DNA of 64,000 nucleotides, taken from positions 384,001-448,000 of the forward strand of contig CAWFJJ010000025.1 of assembly GCA_963816185.1 (NCBI GenBank). The letters are read 5' to 3'. Below the pieces are notes generated by a model. It saw only the letters and a list, made by a program, of their open reading frames with translations. It made no database searches and was not told the DNA's origin. Position 1 is the stretch's first letter. Each line of letters opens with the position of its first letter. Made by a program: the position numbers and the translations under genes. This DNA is from Thermoanaerobaculia bacterium. GTDB lineage: Bacteria; Acidobacteriota; Thermoanaerobaculia; UBA5066. Positions 39,017 through 49,991 of the stretch are shown here, in pieces.

Positions 39017-39892
39017 TTACGGGCAGGTCGAGACAGGCTGGTGAAGAATCGCGGATGCGGGTGCGATGTAGACCGCGCGATCGGCCGCGGGTACGTTAGA
39101 GAGAGCGGCAAGCCAAGCAGAGTCGAACTGACTCGGATGGCGTTCCATGTCGGCCTCGACGGCGTTCCAGGCCGGGCCTTCGGTCGCCGCGAGCGGCTCG
39201 TTCGCATCGAAACGAATCGCATTCGACGCCGCAGAACGAAAATGAAGCGCGAGCGGTTGCGTGTCGACCTCGAGCCGCGTCTCGAGAAGATAAACAGCCG
39301 GTGGCGCGCTCAGCAGCTCTACCGCTTCGAGGACGACGGCCGCGACGGCGCGATGGTCCGGATGGCAGGTCGTCCCGTGGCGGGGGTCGAAGGTGAGGAC
39401 GAGTTCGGGCGCCTCCGCCTGGATGAACCCCGCGATCATTCCGACGAGCCCCGAGGATCCGCCCGCATCGATGTCCCACGGCGGCCTTACCGTTCCGCCG
39501 CCGTCCGGCAAAGAAAGGAGGATCGCGTTCGCGCCGAAATACTGCGACGCGGCGCCGGCCTCCGCGCTTCGGACGGAAGCGAGGTCGGGGAGGCAGCCGT
39601 CCGGGCGGAGGCACGGGCCAGCCTCCCCGCGCGTTGCGATCAGGAGGGAGCAGCGCGCGCGCCCGTCGCCGCACCAGCGCGCGAGGAGAGGAGCCACGAG
39701 AGCCTCGTCGTCGGGATGGGCCGCGATCCACATCATCGATGCGGGAGCCGGAAGCCGCCAGGGACCCCTCACCGGAGAGACGGGCTGCGGCGCCGAGACA
39801 GGAAGCGGGACGTGACCTTGTGCGAGGACGGGGAGCGCGAGCGATGCGATCGCGGCCACCACCAGGGCGGAGACCCGGCGCGAAGCGCTCAT
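39017..39892 (-). CDS. PIG-L family deacetylase with signal peptide
   Basis: AHPDDE, TRGE, HPDH, HPSQF; N-terminal signal peptide. Confidence 0.82.
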   Translation of the reverse strand: MSASRRVSALVVAAIASLALPVLAQGHVPLPVSAPQPVSPVRGPWRLPAPASMMWIAAHPDDEALVAPLLARWCGDGRARCSLLIATRGEAGPCLRPDGCLPDLASVRSAEAGAASQYFGANAILLSLPDGGGTVRPPWDIDAGGSSGLVGMIAGFIQAEAPELVLTFDPRHGTTCHPDHRAVAAVVLEAVELLSAPPAVYLLETRLEVDTQPLALHFRSAASNAIRFDANEPLAATEGPAWNAVEADMERHPSQFDSAWLAALSNVPAADRAVYIAPASAILHQPVSTCP

Positions 39893-39952
39893 CTTCCTTT
39901 CGGAGTGCCGTCCGGATCCCTCAACCCACGAGGGAGTTCGGGACGCTCGTCC

Positions 39953-40828
39953 CTAGCGTTCGAGCACCTTCTTCAGCATCTCGCCCATGAGCGCCGGCGA
40001 GTCCACGACGTGGACGCCGGCGGCCTGGAGCGCCTTCACCTTCTCGGGGGCCGTGCCTTTTCCGCCTGAGATGATCGCGCCCGCATGGCCCATGCGGCGG
40101 CCCGGAGGCGCCGTGCGCCCCGCGATGAACGAAACGACGGGTTTCTTGAGGTTGCCGGCGATCCAGCAGGCGGCCTCCTCCTCGGCGCTGCCGCCGATCT
40201 CCCCGATGAGGATGACGGACTCGGTTTCCGGGTCGTCTCGGAAGAGCGTGAGCGCGTCGATGAAGTTCGTGCCGTTGATCGGGTCGCCCCCGATTCCGAT
40301 GCACGTGGACTGGCCCATGCCGAGACTGGTGGTCTGGCCGACGGCCTCGTAGGTCAGCGTTCCAGAGCGGGAGACGACGCCGACCGAGCCCGCGCGGTGG
40401 ATGCGGGCCGGCATGATGCCGATCTTGACCTTTGCCGAGGGCCGGATGACGCCAGGACAGTTCGGCCCGACGAGGCGGCTCGTGCCCTTGGCGAGAAAGG
40501 CCTTCGCGCGGATCATGTCGTTCACCGGGACGCCCTCGGTGATCGCGACGATGAGGGGTATGCCGGCGTCCGAGGCCTCCATGATCGCGTCGGCCGCGGC
40601 CGGCGGGGGCACGAAGACCATGGACGCGTTCGCGCCCGTGGCCTTCACCGCGGCGAGCACCGAGTCGAAGACGGGAATGCCCTCGACCGTCGTCCCGCCC
40701 TTTCCGGGGGTGACGCCCGCGACGATCTGCGTGCCGTAGTCGCGGCTCGCGAGCGCGTGGAACTTGCCTTCACGGCCCGTGAGGCCCTGTACGAGGAGGC
40801 GCGTGTCTTTCGAGATCCAGCTTGCCAT
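39953..40828 (-). CDS. sucD: Succinyl-CoA synthetase alpha subunit
   Basis: [29 protein letters not shown]. Confidence 0.97.
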   Translation of the reverse strand: MASWISKDTRLLVQGLTGREGKFHALASRDYGTQIVAGVTPGKGGTTVEGIPVFDSVLAAVKATGANASMVFVPPPAAADAIMEASDAGIPLIVAITEGVPVNDMIRAKAFLAKGTSRLVGPNCPGVIRPSAKVKIGIMPARIHRAGSVGVVSRSGTLTYEAVGQTTSLGMGQSTCIGIGGDPINGTNFIDALTLFRDDPETESVILIGEIGGSAEEEAACWIAGNLKKPVVSFIAGRTAPPGRRMGHAGAIISGGKGTAPEKVKALQAAGVHVVDSPALMGEMLKKVLER

Positions 40829-40829
40829 C

Positions 40830-41996
40830 TCAGGCGACCTTTCCGAGCGACGCGATGACCTTCTCGGCCCCGTCCTTCATGTCGTTGGCGGCGATGACCT
40901 TGAGGCCCGACCTCCCGAGAATCGCCTTGCCCTCCTCGACGTTCGTACCTTCGAGGCGTACGACCACCGGAATCTTGATTCCGATCTCCTGGATGGCGTT
41001 CACGACGCCCGTGGCGATGATGTCGCAGCGCATGATCCCGCCGAAGATGTTGATGAGGACGGCTTTCACGTTCGCGTCGGACAGGATGATCCGCATCGCG
41101 TTCTTGACCTGCTCCTCGTTCGCGCCGCCGCCCACGTCGAGGAAGTTCGCAGGACGGCCGCCCGCGTACTGGATGATGTCCATCGTGGCCATCGCGAGGC
41201 CGGCGCCGTTCACCATGCAGCCCACGTTCCCGTCGAGCTTGATGTAGTTGAGGCCGTACTTCGACGCCTCGACCTCGAGCTTGTCCTCCTCGTCGAGATC
41301 GCGGTACTCCTTGATGTTCGCGTGCCGGAAGAGGGCGTTGTCGTCGAAGTTCATCTTCGCGTCGAGCGCGATGACGTCGCCTTTTCCCGTGACGAGAAGC
41401 GGGTTGATCTCGGCGAGCGAGGCGTCCGTCGCGACGTACGCCTTCGCGAGCGCGATGAAGAAGCCCACGGACCTCTTGTGCGTCTCGCCCGTGAGTGAGA
41501 GAGCGTCCGCGAGCTTGCGCGCCTGATACGGCTGGAGGCCCCAGGCCGGGTCGAACGGCTCCTTGACGATCGCGGCCGGATCCTTCGCGGCGACGACCTC
41601 GATCTCCATACCGCCTTGTTTACTCACCATCATGACGGGCTGGCCGATCGCCCGATCGAGCGTGATGCCGAGATAGAGCTCACGGGCGATGTCGAGCGCC
41701 TCCTCGACGAGGACCTTCTTGACCCTCTGGCCCTGCGGTCCCGTCTGGTGCGTGACAAGCTGCATGCCGAGGATCTTCTTGGCGAGCTCGACGGCTTCGT
41801 CGGGGCTCTTCGCCAGTTTGACGCCGCCGCCTTTGCCGCGACCGCCGGCGTGGATCTGCGCCTTCACGACCGCGCGCCCGCCGAATTCTTTCGCGATGCG
41901 GCCCGCCTCCTCGGGCGAGTCCGTGACCTGGCCGCGCGGCGTGGCGACGCCGAACGCGCGGAGGATCTCCTTGGCCTGGTATTCGTGTATTTTCAT
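40830..41996 (-). CDS. sucC: Succinyl-CoA synthetase beta subunit
   Basis: [39 protein letters not shown]. Confidence 0.97.
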   Translation of the reverse strand: MKIHEYQAKEILRAFGVATPRGQVTDSPEEAGRIAKEFGGRAVVKAQIHAGGRGKGGGVKLAKSPDEAVELAKKILGMQLVTHQTGPQGQRVKKVLVEEALDIARELYLGITLDRAIGQPVMMVSKQGGMEIEVVAAKDPAAIVKEPFDPAWGLQPYQARKLADALSLTGETHKRSVGFFIALAKAYVATDASLAEINPLLVTGKGDVIALDAKMNFDDNALFRHANIKEYRDLDEEDKLEVEASKYGLNYIKLDGNVGCMVNGAGLAMATMDIIQYAGGRPANFLDVGGGANEEQVKNAMRIILSDANVKAVLINIFGGIMRCDIIATGVVNAIQEIGIKIPVVVRLEGTNVEEGKAILGRSGLKVIAANDMKDGAEKVIASLGKVA

Positions 41997-42035
41997 GGGA
42001 CCAAGAAGGGTATCAGAAGGAAAACAGCACGCTCC

Positions 42036-43427
42036 ATGATGAAACTGCCTCATATCCTCGTCTTCGCACTCGCCGTCCGCGGCCCGCTCGGGGCGCAGGC
42101 GCGCGTGCCGACGCCGTCTCACGTCGCCGAGATCGCACGTCTTCCCGCGGACGCCGCCGCGTTGCTCGTCAAGGAGATCGTCGCAGAGCTGAAGGCGGAT
42201 GATCTCGCGGCGCTCGAGTCCCGTTTCGACGAGCCGATGAAGGCGGCGCTGCCGGGCGAGAAGCTGCGTGGGTTCTGGACGGGCGTGGGCGCGACGGGCG
42301 GGCGCTTGAAGTCGTGCGGGGAGCCGCGCATCAGCTCGGCCGCGGAATACACGCTTGTCTTGACGACCTGCACGTTCGAGAGGCAGCGGGCGGACCTGAA
42401 GCTCACGTTTCACCCGGACGGGCGGCTGGCGGGTATGTACTTGGAGGCCGGCGGCGCGTCGCGTCCGGACTGGACGGCGCCGACCTACGTGACGTCGAGC
42501 TCGTTCCGAGAGCACGAAGTGCAGGTCGTCTCGGGTTCCGTGTCGCTTCCCGGAACGCTGTCCATGCCCGCGGGCGACGGCCCGTTCCCGGGCGTCGTCC
42601 TCGTGCACGGCTCGGGCCCCCAGGATCGCGACGAGACGATCGGCGGATTCCGCCCGTTCCAGGATCTCGCGCAGGGCCTCGCCTCGCGCGGCATCGCCGT
42701 GCTGCGTTACGACAAGCGCACGAAGGTTTACCAGAAGGAGCTCGCGGGGATGCGCGACATGACGATTCGCCAGGAGGTGATCGACGACGCGCTCGCGGCG
42801 GTCAAGCTCCTGCGAACCGTGCGAGGCGTCGACCCCAGGCTCATCTTCCTCGCCGGCCACAGTCTCGGGGCGATGCTCGCGCCGAGTATCGGCGTCCTCG
42901 ATGGCTCTTTGGCGGGGGTCGTGCTTCTCGCGGCTCCTTCACGGCCCATGCCGGACGTGATGCGCGACCAGGCGCGATTTCTCGCCGAGCCGGACGCGCC
43001 CGAAGTCCAGCGGCGGGTGGCGCCGGAGATTCTGAAAGATGCGAACGCGCTCGCCGATGTCTATGCGGGCAAGCCGGGCCCGGTTTCCGGCACGATTCTG
43101 GGCGCCTCGGTGTCGTACTGGCTCGGCCTGAAGTCCTATCTTCCGCTCGAGGCCGCACGTTCCCTCGGCAAGCCTCTTCTCATCCTTCAGGGCGAACGCG
43201 ACTATCAGGTCCCGATGGCCGACTTCTACGGGTGGAAGAAAGAACTCGGCGGCCGCCCGGGCGTCGTGCTCAAGTCGTATCCGGCCCTGAATCATCTCTT
43301 TGCACCGGGTAAGGGGCGGAGCGCGCCGGCGGAGTACGAAAAGCCCGGCCACGTCGCGGCCGAGGTCATCGGAGACATCGCAGCCTTCGTGAAGAAGACC
43401 CCGCCCTCGGCTGTGAAAGCGCCCTGA
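42036..43427 (+). CDS. Exported alpha/beta hydrolase with DUF3887-like N-terminal domain
   Basis: [32 protein letters not shown]. Confidence 0.85.
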   Translation: MMKLPHILVFALAVRGPLGAQARVPTPSHVAEIARLPADAAALLVKEIVAELKADDLAALESRFDEPMKAALPGEKLRGFWTGVGATGGRLKSCGEPRISSAAEYTLVLTTCTFERQRADLKLTFHPDGRLAGMYLEAGGASRPDWTAPTYVTSSSFREHEVQVVSGSVSLPGTLSMPAGDGPFPGVVLVHGSGPQDRDETIGGFRPFQDLAQGLASRGIAVLRYDKRTKVYQKELAGMRDMTIRQEVIDDALAAVKLLRTVRGVDPRLIFLAGHSLGAMLAPSIGVLDGSLAGVVLLAAPSRPMPDVMRDQARFLAEPDAPEVQRRVAPEILKDANALADVYAGKPGPVSGTILGASVSYWLGLKSYLPLEAARSLGKPLLILQGERDYQVPMADFYGWKKELGGRPGVVLKSYPALNHLFAPGKGRSAPAEYEKPGHVAAEVIGDIAAFVKKTPPSAVKAP

Positions 43428-43452
43428 CGCGCGGGAAGCGCGGAGCCTCTTC

Positions 43453-44734
43453 TCAGTGGCGCGCGGCGATCGCACCGACGAAGAACTTCGGATAGCGCGC
43501 CGCGACGGCATCCACGTCCGGGACGAACGTGACCTCGCGAAAGCCGGCTGCCAGGAAGCTCGCACGCCAGGACGAGGGCGAGAGGAACCCGTGATTCGGC
43601 CGGAGAACCGGGTGGAGCTTCACGTCCGTGAAGGTCGTGAGGAAATTGAAGACGAAATCGACGTAGGAGGGCGGCGGATGCGCACCAGGCTTCACGCATT
43701 CCGAGACGACGACGACCCCACCGGGTTTCAGCGCGGCTCTCGCCTGACCGAGGACGAACGCGAGATCGGGCGCGACGTGGAAGCAATTCACGGAGTAAAC
43801 CGCGTCGAAGGAGGCGGGCGCGACACCCTGAGCCTCCCACGGCATCGTCATGTCGAGCTTCGCGGCCTCCACGTGCGTTCCTTCGGCTGCCGCGGCGCGC
43901 GCCGCACGTTCGCCCCGGCGCGCGAACGTGGGGACGAGCTCCGTGAAGAGCCAGCGCGCGACGCGCGTGCCGAGGCGGCGGAGCGCTTCTTCGGCCGCGC
44001 TCCCGCAGCCGCCGCCGATCTCGAGGATCTCGGCGCCCTTCTTCGGGCAGGACGCGTGCAAGCGTCTCGGCGCCGAGCGTGTTGTTGATCGTGTAGAGGA
44101 TGTTCGCGTTCGAGAAATACCGGATCCAGAGCGGGAGTCGAACGGGCGAAAAGAGGATCTCCTCGCCCGTCTTCTTCCCGCGGAAGAACTCCGCCGCCTC
44201 GGCCGCGAGGAGCGTCACGATGTCGGCGCCGACGGCGGCATCGGGCTCGGTGGCGGCGAGCTCGGCCGCGAGGGATTCGACCGTTCCCGGTTGCGTCCCG
44301 CTCAGGGATACGGTGGTTCTCGGAAGATTTTTTTTCTCCCGTGCGGTTCCTGCTGCCGGTGGGGCGGGGGCCGTGGTGGATTTTCTTAGAAGGTGAATGG
44401 GGGCTGCGGCAGCGGGAACGGCCGTCGCGATTCCCGATGAGTCATCGTCACCCACCCTTCTAAGAAAAAATCCGCTCGCACCGAGCTTCTCGATCATGTA
44501 GCGGAGTGCGGGGCGGGTGCGCTCGGGGTATTGAGCAAGAATCTCTTCTTCTTCCTGCGTCTCCCCGGGCGCGGGCCGCGCGCCGATGTCGCCGAGGATC
44601 TTCCAGCAGGCCGCGTCGACGAGCTCGTCGTAGATCTCCGTCGCGACGAGGAATCGCTGCGAGAAGAGCGCTCGGACGGCATCGTCGGAGATGGCGCCGA
44701 CGACGGCTGGGAAATCTCGGGCGACGGTGCGCAT
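43453..44734 (-). pseudogene. Class I SAM-dependent methyltransferase, frameshifted at ~44045
   Basis: The N-terminal frame (..WIRYFSNANILY..VLPE) shifts into a frame with ILEIGGGCGS, FTEL, FDAVYSVNCFH, LKPGG. Confidence 0.75.
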
Positions 44735-44781
44735 CGGCTCGAGAATGATACGGGGAGCCGCTTTTCATAGAATGCGCGCCC

Positions 44782-45432
44782 ATGCTCGTCAGGATTGCCC
44801 GGCACGGCGAGAGCGAGGGCAATTTCGCCGGCTCGCTGCAGGGCTCCCGCTTCGACACGCCTCTTTCGGAGCGGGGAAGCCGCCAGGCCGAATATCTCGC
44901 CGTCCGCCTCGCGGGTGAGGCGATCGACGCGGTGTGGGCCAGCCCGATGATCCGGGCTCGTGAAACCGCCGCCGTCGTCGCGACCGCGCTCGGCCTCGGC
45001 GTGTCGCTGGACGCCGACCTCGTCGAGTTCGACTGGGGCGTCTGGTCGGGCCGGCCCTACAACGGGGCGATCGAGAAGGAGGTTTCGGGCGTGAGAGCGC
45101 GCTGGCGGGCGGGCGAGACGAAGCTTTCGCCTGCAGGAGGCGAGTCGCCCGCGCACGCCGCTGTCCGCGCCGACCGCTTTCTCGCGCGGCTTTCGGCCTC
45201 GGGGGCGCGCGCCCCGCTGGTCGTCGCGCACGGGCGCTTCAACCGCATCCTCATGGCGCGGCTTCTCGGACGAGAGCTCGGGCGGATGGACGAGATCCGC
45301 CAGCGGAACGGTTCGCTGTCCGTCTTCGAATGGGACGGGTCTCGACCGGCGACGCCGCTTCTCCTCGACGACGTCTCGCATCTGCCGCCGGAATTCCAGA
45401 CCGTCTCGGTTCTCTCCGACAGCGTCAAGTAA
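44782..45432 (+). CDS. Histidine phosphatase (phosphoglycerate mutase family)
   Basis: RHGE, SPMIRARETA, GGES, VAHG. Confidence 0.9.
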   Translation: MLVRIARHGESEGNFAGSLQGSRFDTPLSERGSRQAEYLAVRLAGEAIDAVWASPMIRARETAAVVATALGLGVSLDADLVEFDWGVWSGRPYNGAIEKEVSGVRARWRAGETKLSPAGGESPAHAAVRADRFLARLSASGARAPLVVAHGRFNRILMARLLGRELGRMDEIRQRNGSLSVFEWDGSRPATPLLLDDVSHLPPEFQTVSVLSDSVK

Positions 45433-46171
45433 CGGGCGTCGCGCCGCGCTCCTCCGAGACACCTGCGCTCCGGATCGCCTTGGCCGCGATTCGTGCGATG
45501 AAGATCGTGGCGACGACGGCCGCGACCGCGAGGCTGATCTTGATCGTCTTCTGGAGCGCCGTCGCGCTTCCCGTCACATCCCCGAGGGCGGAGCCGAAGT
45601 AGACGTAGGCGAGCGTGCCCGGCAGCATCGCGATCCAGCTCGCGAAAAAGTACGACGCGAGCTTCACCGGCGTCAGGCCGAAGAGGTAATTGACGATCGT
45701 GAAGGGAAAGACGGGCGAGAGCCGGACGAGCGCGACGATTTTCGCCCCTTCCTTCTCGATCGCCCGGTTCAGGCTCCCGAACGTCTTGTTCGCCGCGGCG
45801 ATTTTCTGCACACGCCGCCGGAATGCGCCGCGGGCGAGAAGGAACGCGAGGGTGGCTGCCGTGATCGAGGCAAGGGAAACGAGAATCGTTCCCGTCACGA
45901 CGCCGTAAACGGCGCCGGCGGCGAGCGTCATGATCGCGGCGGGGCCCCCGGGGATGAGCGACGCGCCGATGTAAACGAGGCCGAAGATGAGGAAGCCGAG
46001 CGTCCCCTGCCCCCTCACGTACGTCTTGAATTCCTCGATCCACGCCGCGATCGGCAGGAGCCGGAAGAGAACGAACAGGCCGGCGACGACGGCGGCGGCG
46101 AGGGCCACCTTCGCGAGAGGAAAAGGCTTCTTCGCGGAAGGAGCGGGTGGGCCGGCGGATGCTTCGGCCAT
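45425..46171 (-). CDS. TVP38/TMEM64 (VTT domain) membrane protein
   Basis: LAAGAVYG, AFLLAR, LVRLSPVFPF..NYLFGLT, MLPGT. Confidence 0.9.
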   Translation of the reverse strand: MAEASAGPPAPSAKKPFPLAKVALAAAVVAGLFVLFRLLPIAAWIEEFKTYVRGQGTLGFLIFGLVYIGASLIPGGPAAIMTLAAGAVYGVVTGTILVSLASITAATLAFLLARGAFRRRVQKIAAANKTFGSLNRAIEKEGAKIVALVRLSPVFPFTIVNYLFGLTPVKLASYFFASWIAMLPGTLAYVYFGSALGDVTGSATALQKTIKISLAVAAVVATIFIARIAAKAIRSAGVSEERGATPVT

Positions 46172-46173
46172 GG

Positions 46174-47649
46174 CTATCTCCTGAGAAACGCGGCGAGCTT
46201 CGTGAGGATCCTCTTGCGGCCCGGCGTCAGCGATGTCTTCAGGTAGGCGCGCGCGAGGGCGCCGTTGATCTCCGAAAGGGACGGGTACGCGTGGATCACC
46301 GAGCCGAGTGCCGAGATGCCGAGCCCGTTCTTCTTCGCGAGGACGATCTCGCCGAGCAGGTCGCCGGCGTGCGGGTGGACGATGGTGGCGCCCAGGATCT
46401 TCCCTTTCAGATCGACGAGCACCTTCGCGAAGTTGTCGTCCTGCGTCCCGTCGCAGACGGCCCGATCGTTGTGGAGGAACTCCGCGTGGAAGATACGATA
46501 GGGTACGTTCTTTCTCTTTGCGTCGTCCTCGCCGAGGCCGACGTGGGCGATCTCCGGGTCGGTGTACGTGATCCAGGGCGTGTTGTCGAAGTCGCACTTC
46601 GCGAGAGCCACGGGGGACAGGGTGTTGCGCAGAACGATGCCCGCCTGATAGCCCGCCCAGTGCGTGAAGAGGTAGTTGCCGGCCACGTCTCCGATGGCCC
46701 AGATCGAGGGCACGCTCGTGCGGCACTTCGCGTCGGTGGCGATGGCTTTCTGATCGTGTGTCACGCCGACACCCTCGAGGTTCAACCCTTCGATGTTCGG
46801 GCGCCGGCCCGTCGCCACGAGGATCTCGTCCACCGCGACGTCGAACTCGGCGCCGCCCGCAATCTTCACCGTGACGACCTTCTTCCCGTCCCTTTTCGTG
46901 ACTTTCGTGGCGCGCGCGCCGTCGTGGATCGTGACGCCTTCTTCCTTCAGCCGCTTCGCCAGGACGGCGGCGACGTCCGCGTCTTCCTTCGGACAGATGT
47001 GCGGTGTCGAGGAAACGATCGTCACCTTCGAGCCCAGGCGCGAGAAGGCCTGGCCGAGCTCGGTGCCGATGGGCCCGCCGCCCATCAAAAGCAGGCTGCC
47101 CGGCAGCTTCGTGACGGAGAAGACACTTTCGTTCGTGAGGTAGCCGGCGTCTTCGAGCCCCGGGATCGGATGGATCATGGCGCGCGAGCCGGTCGCGATG
47201 ACGACGTGCTTCCCCCACACGGTCGTGCCGCCGACCTCGACCTCGTGGGCGGACTTCAGGTGGCCCGCGCCGAGCATCACGTCGACGCCGAGGCCGGTGA
47301 AACGCTCCACGGAGTCGGCCGGAGAGATCTCGGCCTGTGCGTGGCGAACGTAATCCAGAACGGCTTTGATGTCCTGCGGTCCGGGGTCGGAGACGCCGTG
47401 AATCGCGAAACGTCCCGCCTCTCGGACGGCGTGGGCGGCCTTCGCGGCGCGGAGCAGCGCCTTCGAGGGAACGCAACCGTACTGCAGGCAGTCGCCGCCC
47501 ATCGCCCGAACCGGTGTCGAGCCCTCCGGCGTGAAGGGAAGAACGTGCTTCTCCGCGAGCGCGACGCGGGCGCCCAGCCCCGATCCGCCGGCGGCGACGA
47601 CGAGGCCGCCGGAGCCCGCGCCGATCACGACGAGGTTGTAGCGTTCCAT
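46174..47649 (-). CDS. Dihydrolipoyl dehydrogenase/mercuric reductase-like pyridine nucleotide-disulfide oxidoreductase
   Basis: GAGSGG, GGDCLQYGCVPSK, GGGPIGTE, FTH, HAYPS. Confidence 0.88.
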   Translation of the reverse strand: MERYNLVVIGAGSGGLVVAAGGSGLGARVALAEKHVLPFTPEGSTPVRAMGGDCLQYGCVPSKALLRAAKAAHAVREAGRFAIHGVSDPGPQDIKAVLDYVRHAQAEISPADSVERFTGLGVDVMLGAGHLKSAHEVEVGGTTVWGKHVVIATGSRAMIHPIPGLEDAGYLTNESVFSVTKLPGSLLLMGGGPIGTELGQAFSRLGSKVTIVSSTPHICPKEDADVAAVLAKRLKEEGVTIHDGARATKVTKRDGKKVVTVKIAGGAEFDVAVDEILVATGRRPNIEGLNLEGVGVTHDQKAIATDAKCRTSVPSIWAIGDVAGNYLFTHWAGYQAGIVLRNTLSPVALAKCDFDNTPWITYTDPEIAHVGLGEDDAKRKNVPYRIFHAEFLHNDRAVCDGTQDDNFAKVLVDLKGKILGATIVHPHAGDLLGEIVLAKKNGLGISALGSVIHAYPSLSEINGALARAYLKTSLTPGRKRILTKLAAFLRR

Positions 47650-47769
47650 CTGGACTCCTTGCGGGGAATACGGGCGGGGCGGCGCTTCCGATCAGAGATG
47701 AATGTCGCAGCCCCACTCGTTTCTTCCGAAGACGGCAATTTCGCGCTTTTCGAGTCGTAAACTGTTCGC

Positions 47770-47844
47770 GGGAGGTTAGCTCAGCGGGAGAGCGTCTGCT
47801 TTACACGCAGCAGGTCGCGGGTTCGATCCCCGCACCTCCCACCA
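47770..47844 (+). tRNA. tRNA-Val(TAC)
   Basis: Cloverleaf: GGGAGGT/ACCTCCC acceptor, loop TTTACAC, GTTCGA T-loop, CCA. Confidence 0.95.
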
Positions 47845-47978
47845 CTTCTTGTTGACATAAACTCTTCGGAACCCGTTAGTTATAGGGAAATGAGGCGGCT
47901 ATGCGTTAAAACGTAGTCAGGTTTCGTCTACCGCCTGCCGGGTGCGGAGCGGGTGCGGGAAGAAGGGGGACGTCCACC

Positions 47979-48470
47979 GTGAAGTTCAAGATCACACGCC
48001 GCTCGCTCGCAGCGCTCAAACCGAAGGACGGATCGGAGCACGGGACGAGGCTCGCGGATAGCGACCTGCGGGGCTTTTTCATCAGCGTGTACAGGACGGG
48101 CCGCATCGTCTATGGCGTTCGCTACCGTGTGAACGGCATGCGCCGCTCAGTTCTGCTCGGCGAATTCCCGGCTGTCACGCCCGAGGATGCACGCAAGGCC
48201 GCGCTCGTGGTCATCGGCGGCGCGGCGAAGGGCGAAGACGAAGCCGAGAAAAGAACGGCATCCCGCGCCGCCGCACGGGGGAAGGCTGATCGCATCACGT
48301 TCGCGAGTTGGCGCGACACGTACCTGAAGGACGCCGCCCGGCGCATGAAGTCCACTCGCGACGTGGAACGCTACCTCACGATGGCCGGGGAAGAGTGGGA
48401 CCGGCGCCCGCTCGCCGAAATCACGACCCGCGACGTTCGGACATCGACGGCGAAGGCAGGTCCGCCGTGA
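47979..48470 (+). pseudogene. Truncated tyrosine integrase (arm-DNA-binding plus partial core-binding domain)
   Basis: LADSDLRGF..RYRVNG.RR..LGEFP..TPEDARKAA, ITFAS, PLAEITTRDV, then stop; no catalytic domain. Confidence 0.8.
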
Positions 48471-48714
48471 TCCGATATCCGCCGCTCTCCTCGAACCAGA
48501 CGCATTCGGTCGGTGACAAGGCGAGGCATCCCTTGAAACGCCCTTTCCAGCGGTCCCTCAGAAATCCCTGCGCCCACCTAATGGCCTTGCCCCGGCTCAG
48601 GTCCTCGGGCACATCGGTCTCGTCGTAGCAGCCCGCAAAATATCTGACGGTGAGCGTCCGGACGAAGGGCTTGTCGTCGGTGGCATGACCCGTCTGTCTC
48701 GCCATACTCGTCAT
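48421..48714 (-). CDS. Hypothetical protein
   Basis: ATGA-coupled to the upstream recombinase stop; 97 aa. Confidence 0.4.
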   Translation of the reverse strand: MTSMARQTGHATDDKPFVRTLTVRYFAGCYDETDVPEDLSRGKAIRWAQGFLRDRWKGRFKGCLALSPTECVWFEESGGYRITADLPSPSMSERRGS

Positions 48715-49256
48715 CCCTTCCTCGGCTCCGCCAGTTTTTCGCGTCCGAGAATTTTGAGCACGGTCTGCGCGTTCCACGGACGCCCCGAGCGCGTCGGGAT
48801 ACGGTCATGGTTCAGCGCCGCCGCCACGGCTCGCAGCGAGGCGCCCTGAGCCTTCATCGCGGCTATCCTCTCCACGACAGGCGCCTCCTCGGGAACGGAC
48901 TCCAGACGACCGTCAGCGCCCGTCCGGGACCCATAGGGGGCTGGTCCGGCGTGAAGGCCTTTCGCCTTTCGCGCCGCGTGGAAGAACTTCATACGCTGCG
49001 AGCCCCTGACGCGCTCAAGCTCCGCGAGCATGCGGTCCAACGCAGCGCGGATCGGATCGTCCTTCGCCTCCCCGATGGCGATGACGCGGCCACCGGCCTG
49101 CTTCACGCGGACCCGCAAGTAGCCTGCTAGGTCGGTATCGCGTGCCAGCCGGTCAGAATGCGCGACGATGAGCACCGAGGCGCGTTTCGATTTGATGCTG
49201 TTCAGCGCTTCCGCTAGTCCCGGACGCCGACGTCTCCTCTTACGCTTCGCGGGCAT
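48711..49256 (-). pseudogene. Serine recombinase lacking the N-terminal catalytic motif
   Basis: RPGL, DRLARD, AELER, APYG, SLRAVAAALN...W..QTV; no Y-x-R-V-S. Confidence 0.75.
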
Positions 49257-49710
49257 CGGGGTCTCCGGGCAGTATTACCTCGGGCCGGGGCGGCGTGGAC
49301 ACGGTCGCCCGCATCTCGGCCAGATGGGCGTCTCGCCGCGCACGTGCTGTCTCAGCGGCCCGGCGCAGAACCTCGGTAACGTCGAATTTGAACGGGGTGT
49401 TCACGTCGACCTGCTGCTTCGGCCTGCCATGCAGCGCCTCAAAGAGGAACTTCTCGGCGGCGAGCCGGACGAACGGGTTCCGCTCACGCAGCAGGCGCGT
49501 CCACCGCTCGACAGCGGGGGGCAGCTTGGACTCGGCGTCCCCCTTCGCCAGCGCCTCCAGCATCGCGCGCCCGCCGACGGCCTCCGTCACGATGGTGCGC
49601 TTGTTCCTCACCCCTTCGGGTCGGCCGGGACCGCCGGGGTTGCCCTCCGCGAACTTGACCGGGCCGCCGACCGCTCCGTGTCGCTTCTCCGTTTTGCTCC
49701 CGTTATCCAC
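49240..49710 (-). CDS. Small terminase-like (DUF5681-type) protein
   Basis: KFAEGNPGGPGRPEGVRNK and HGRPKQQV motifs. Confidence 0.6.
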   Translation of the reverse strand: MDNGSKTEKRHGAVGGPVKFAEGNPGGPGRPEGVRNKRTIVTEAVGGRAMLEALAKGDAESKLPPAVERWTRLLRERNPFVRLAAEKFLFEALHGRPKQQVDVNTPFKFDVTEVLRRAAETARARRDAHLAEMRATVSTPPRPEVILPGDPDAREA

Positions 49711-49960
49711 GCCGCCCTCCTCGTGCTCTTGAGGTCCCTTCGACCCCCGCGACGCCGGGCGGCGCGAACTCGGGCGTGCGGCTCTCTCTGTCCCTGATCC
49801 ACGCCTCCACGTCTTCGCGGCGGTAGACGACGTTCGTCGCGCTGATGTAGATGGGCCCGCGCCCGCCGACGCCGCGACCGCGCCGGTCCCATGCGCCGAC
49901 GGTGGCCGTCTTGACTCTGACGAGCGCGGCGAACTCTCGTCGCGAGATGAAGCCGTTCAC
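49703..49960 (-). CDS. AlpA/excisionase-like HTH protein
   Basis: FISRREFAALVRVKTATVGAW...GPIY...VVYRREDVEAW. Confidence 0.75.
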   Translation of the reverse strand: MNGFISRREFAALVRVKTATVGAWDRRGRGVGGRGPIYISATNVVYRREDVEAWIRDRESRTPEFAPPGVAGVEGTSRARGGRRG

Positions 49961-49991
49961 GACGGCCTCCCGACGGGATGCGAACGGCGCG

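Noticed and set aside
40830-46171. Long N-terminal extensions of sucC (to 42860) and of the TVP38 gene (to 47716) in the ORF track
   Set aside because: They overlap other well-supported genes; family-typical starts are at 41996 and 46171.
46174-47649. Mercuric reductase MerA
   Set aside because: No C-terminal Cys-Cys pair, no N-terminal HMA domain and no mer genes nearby.
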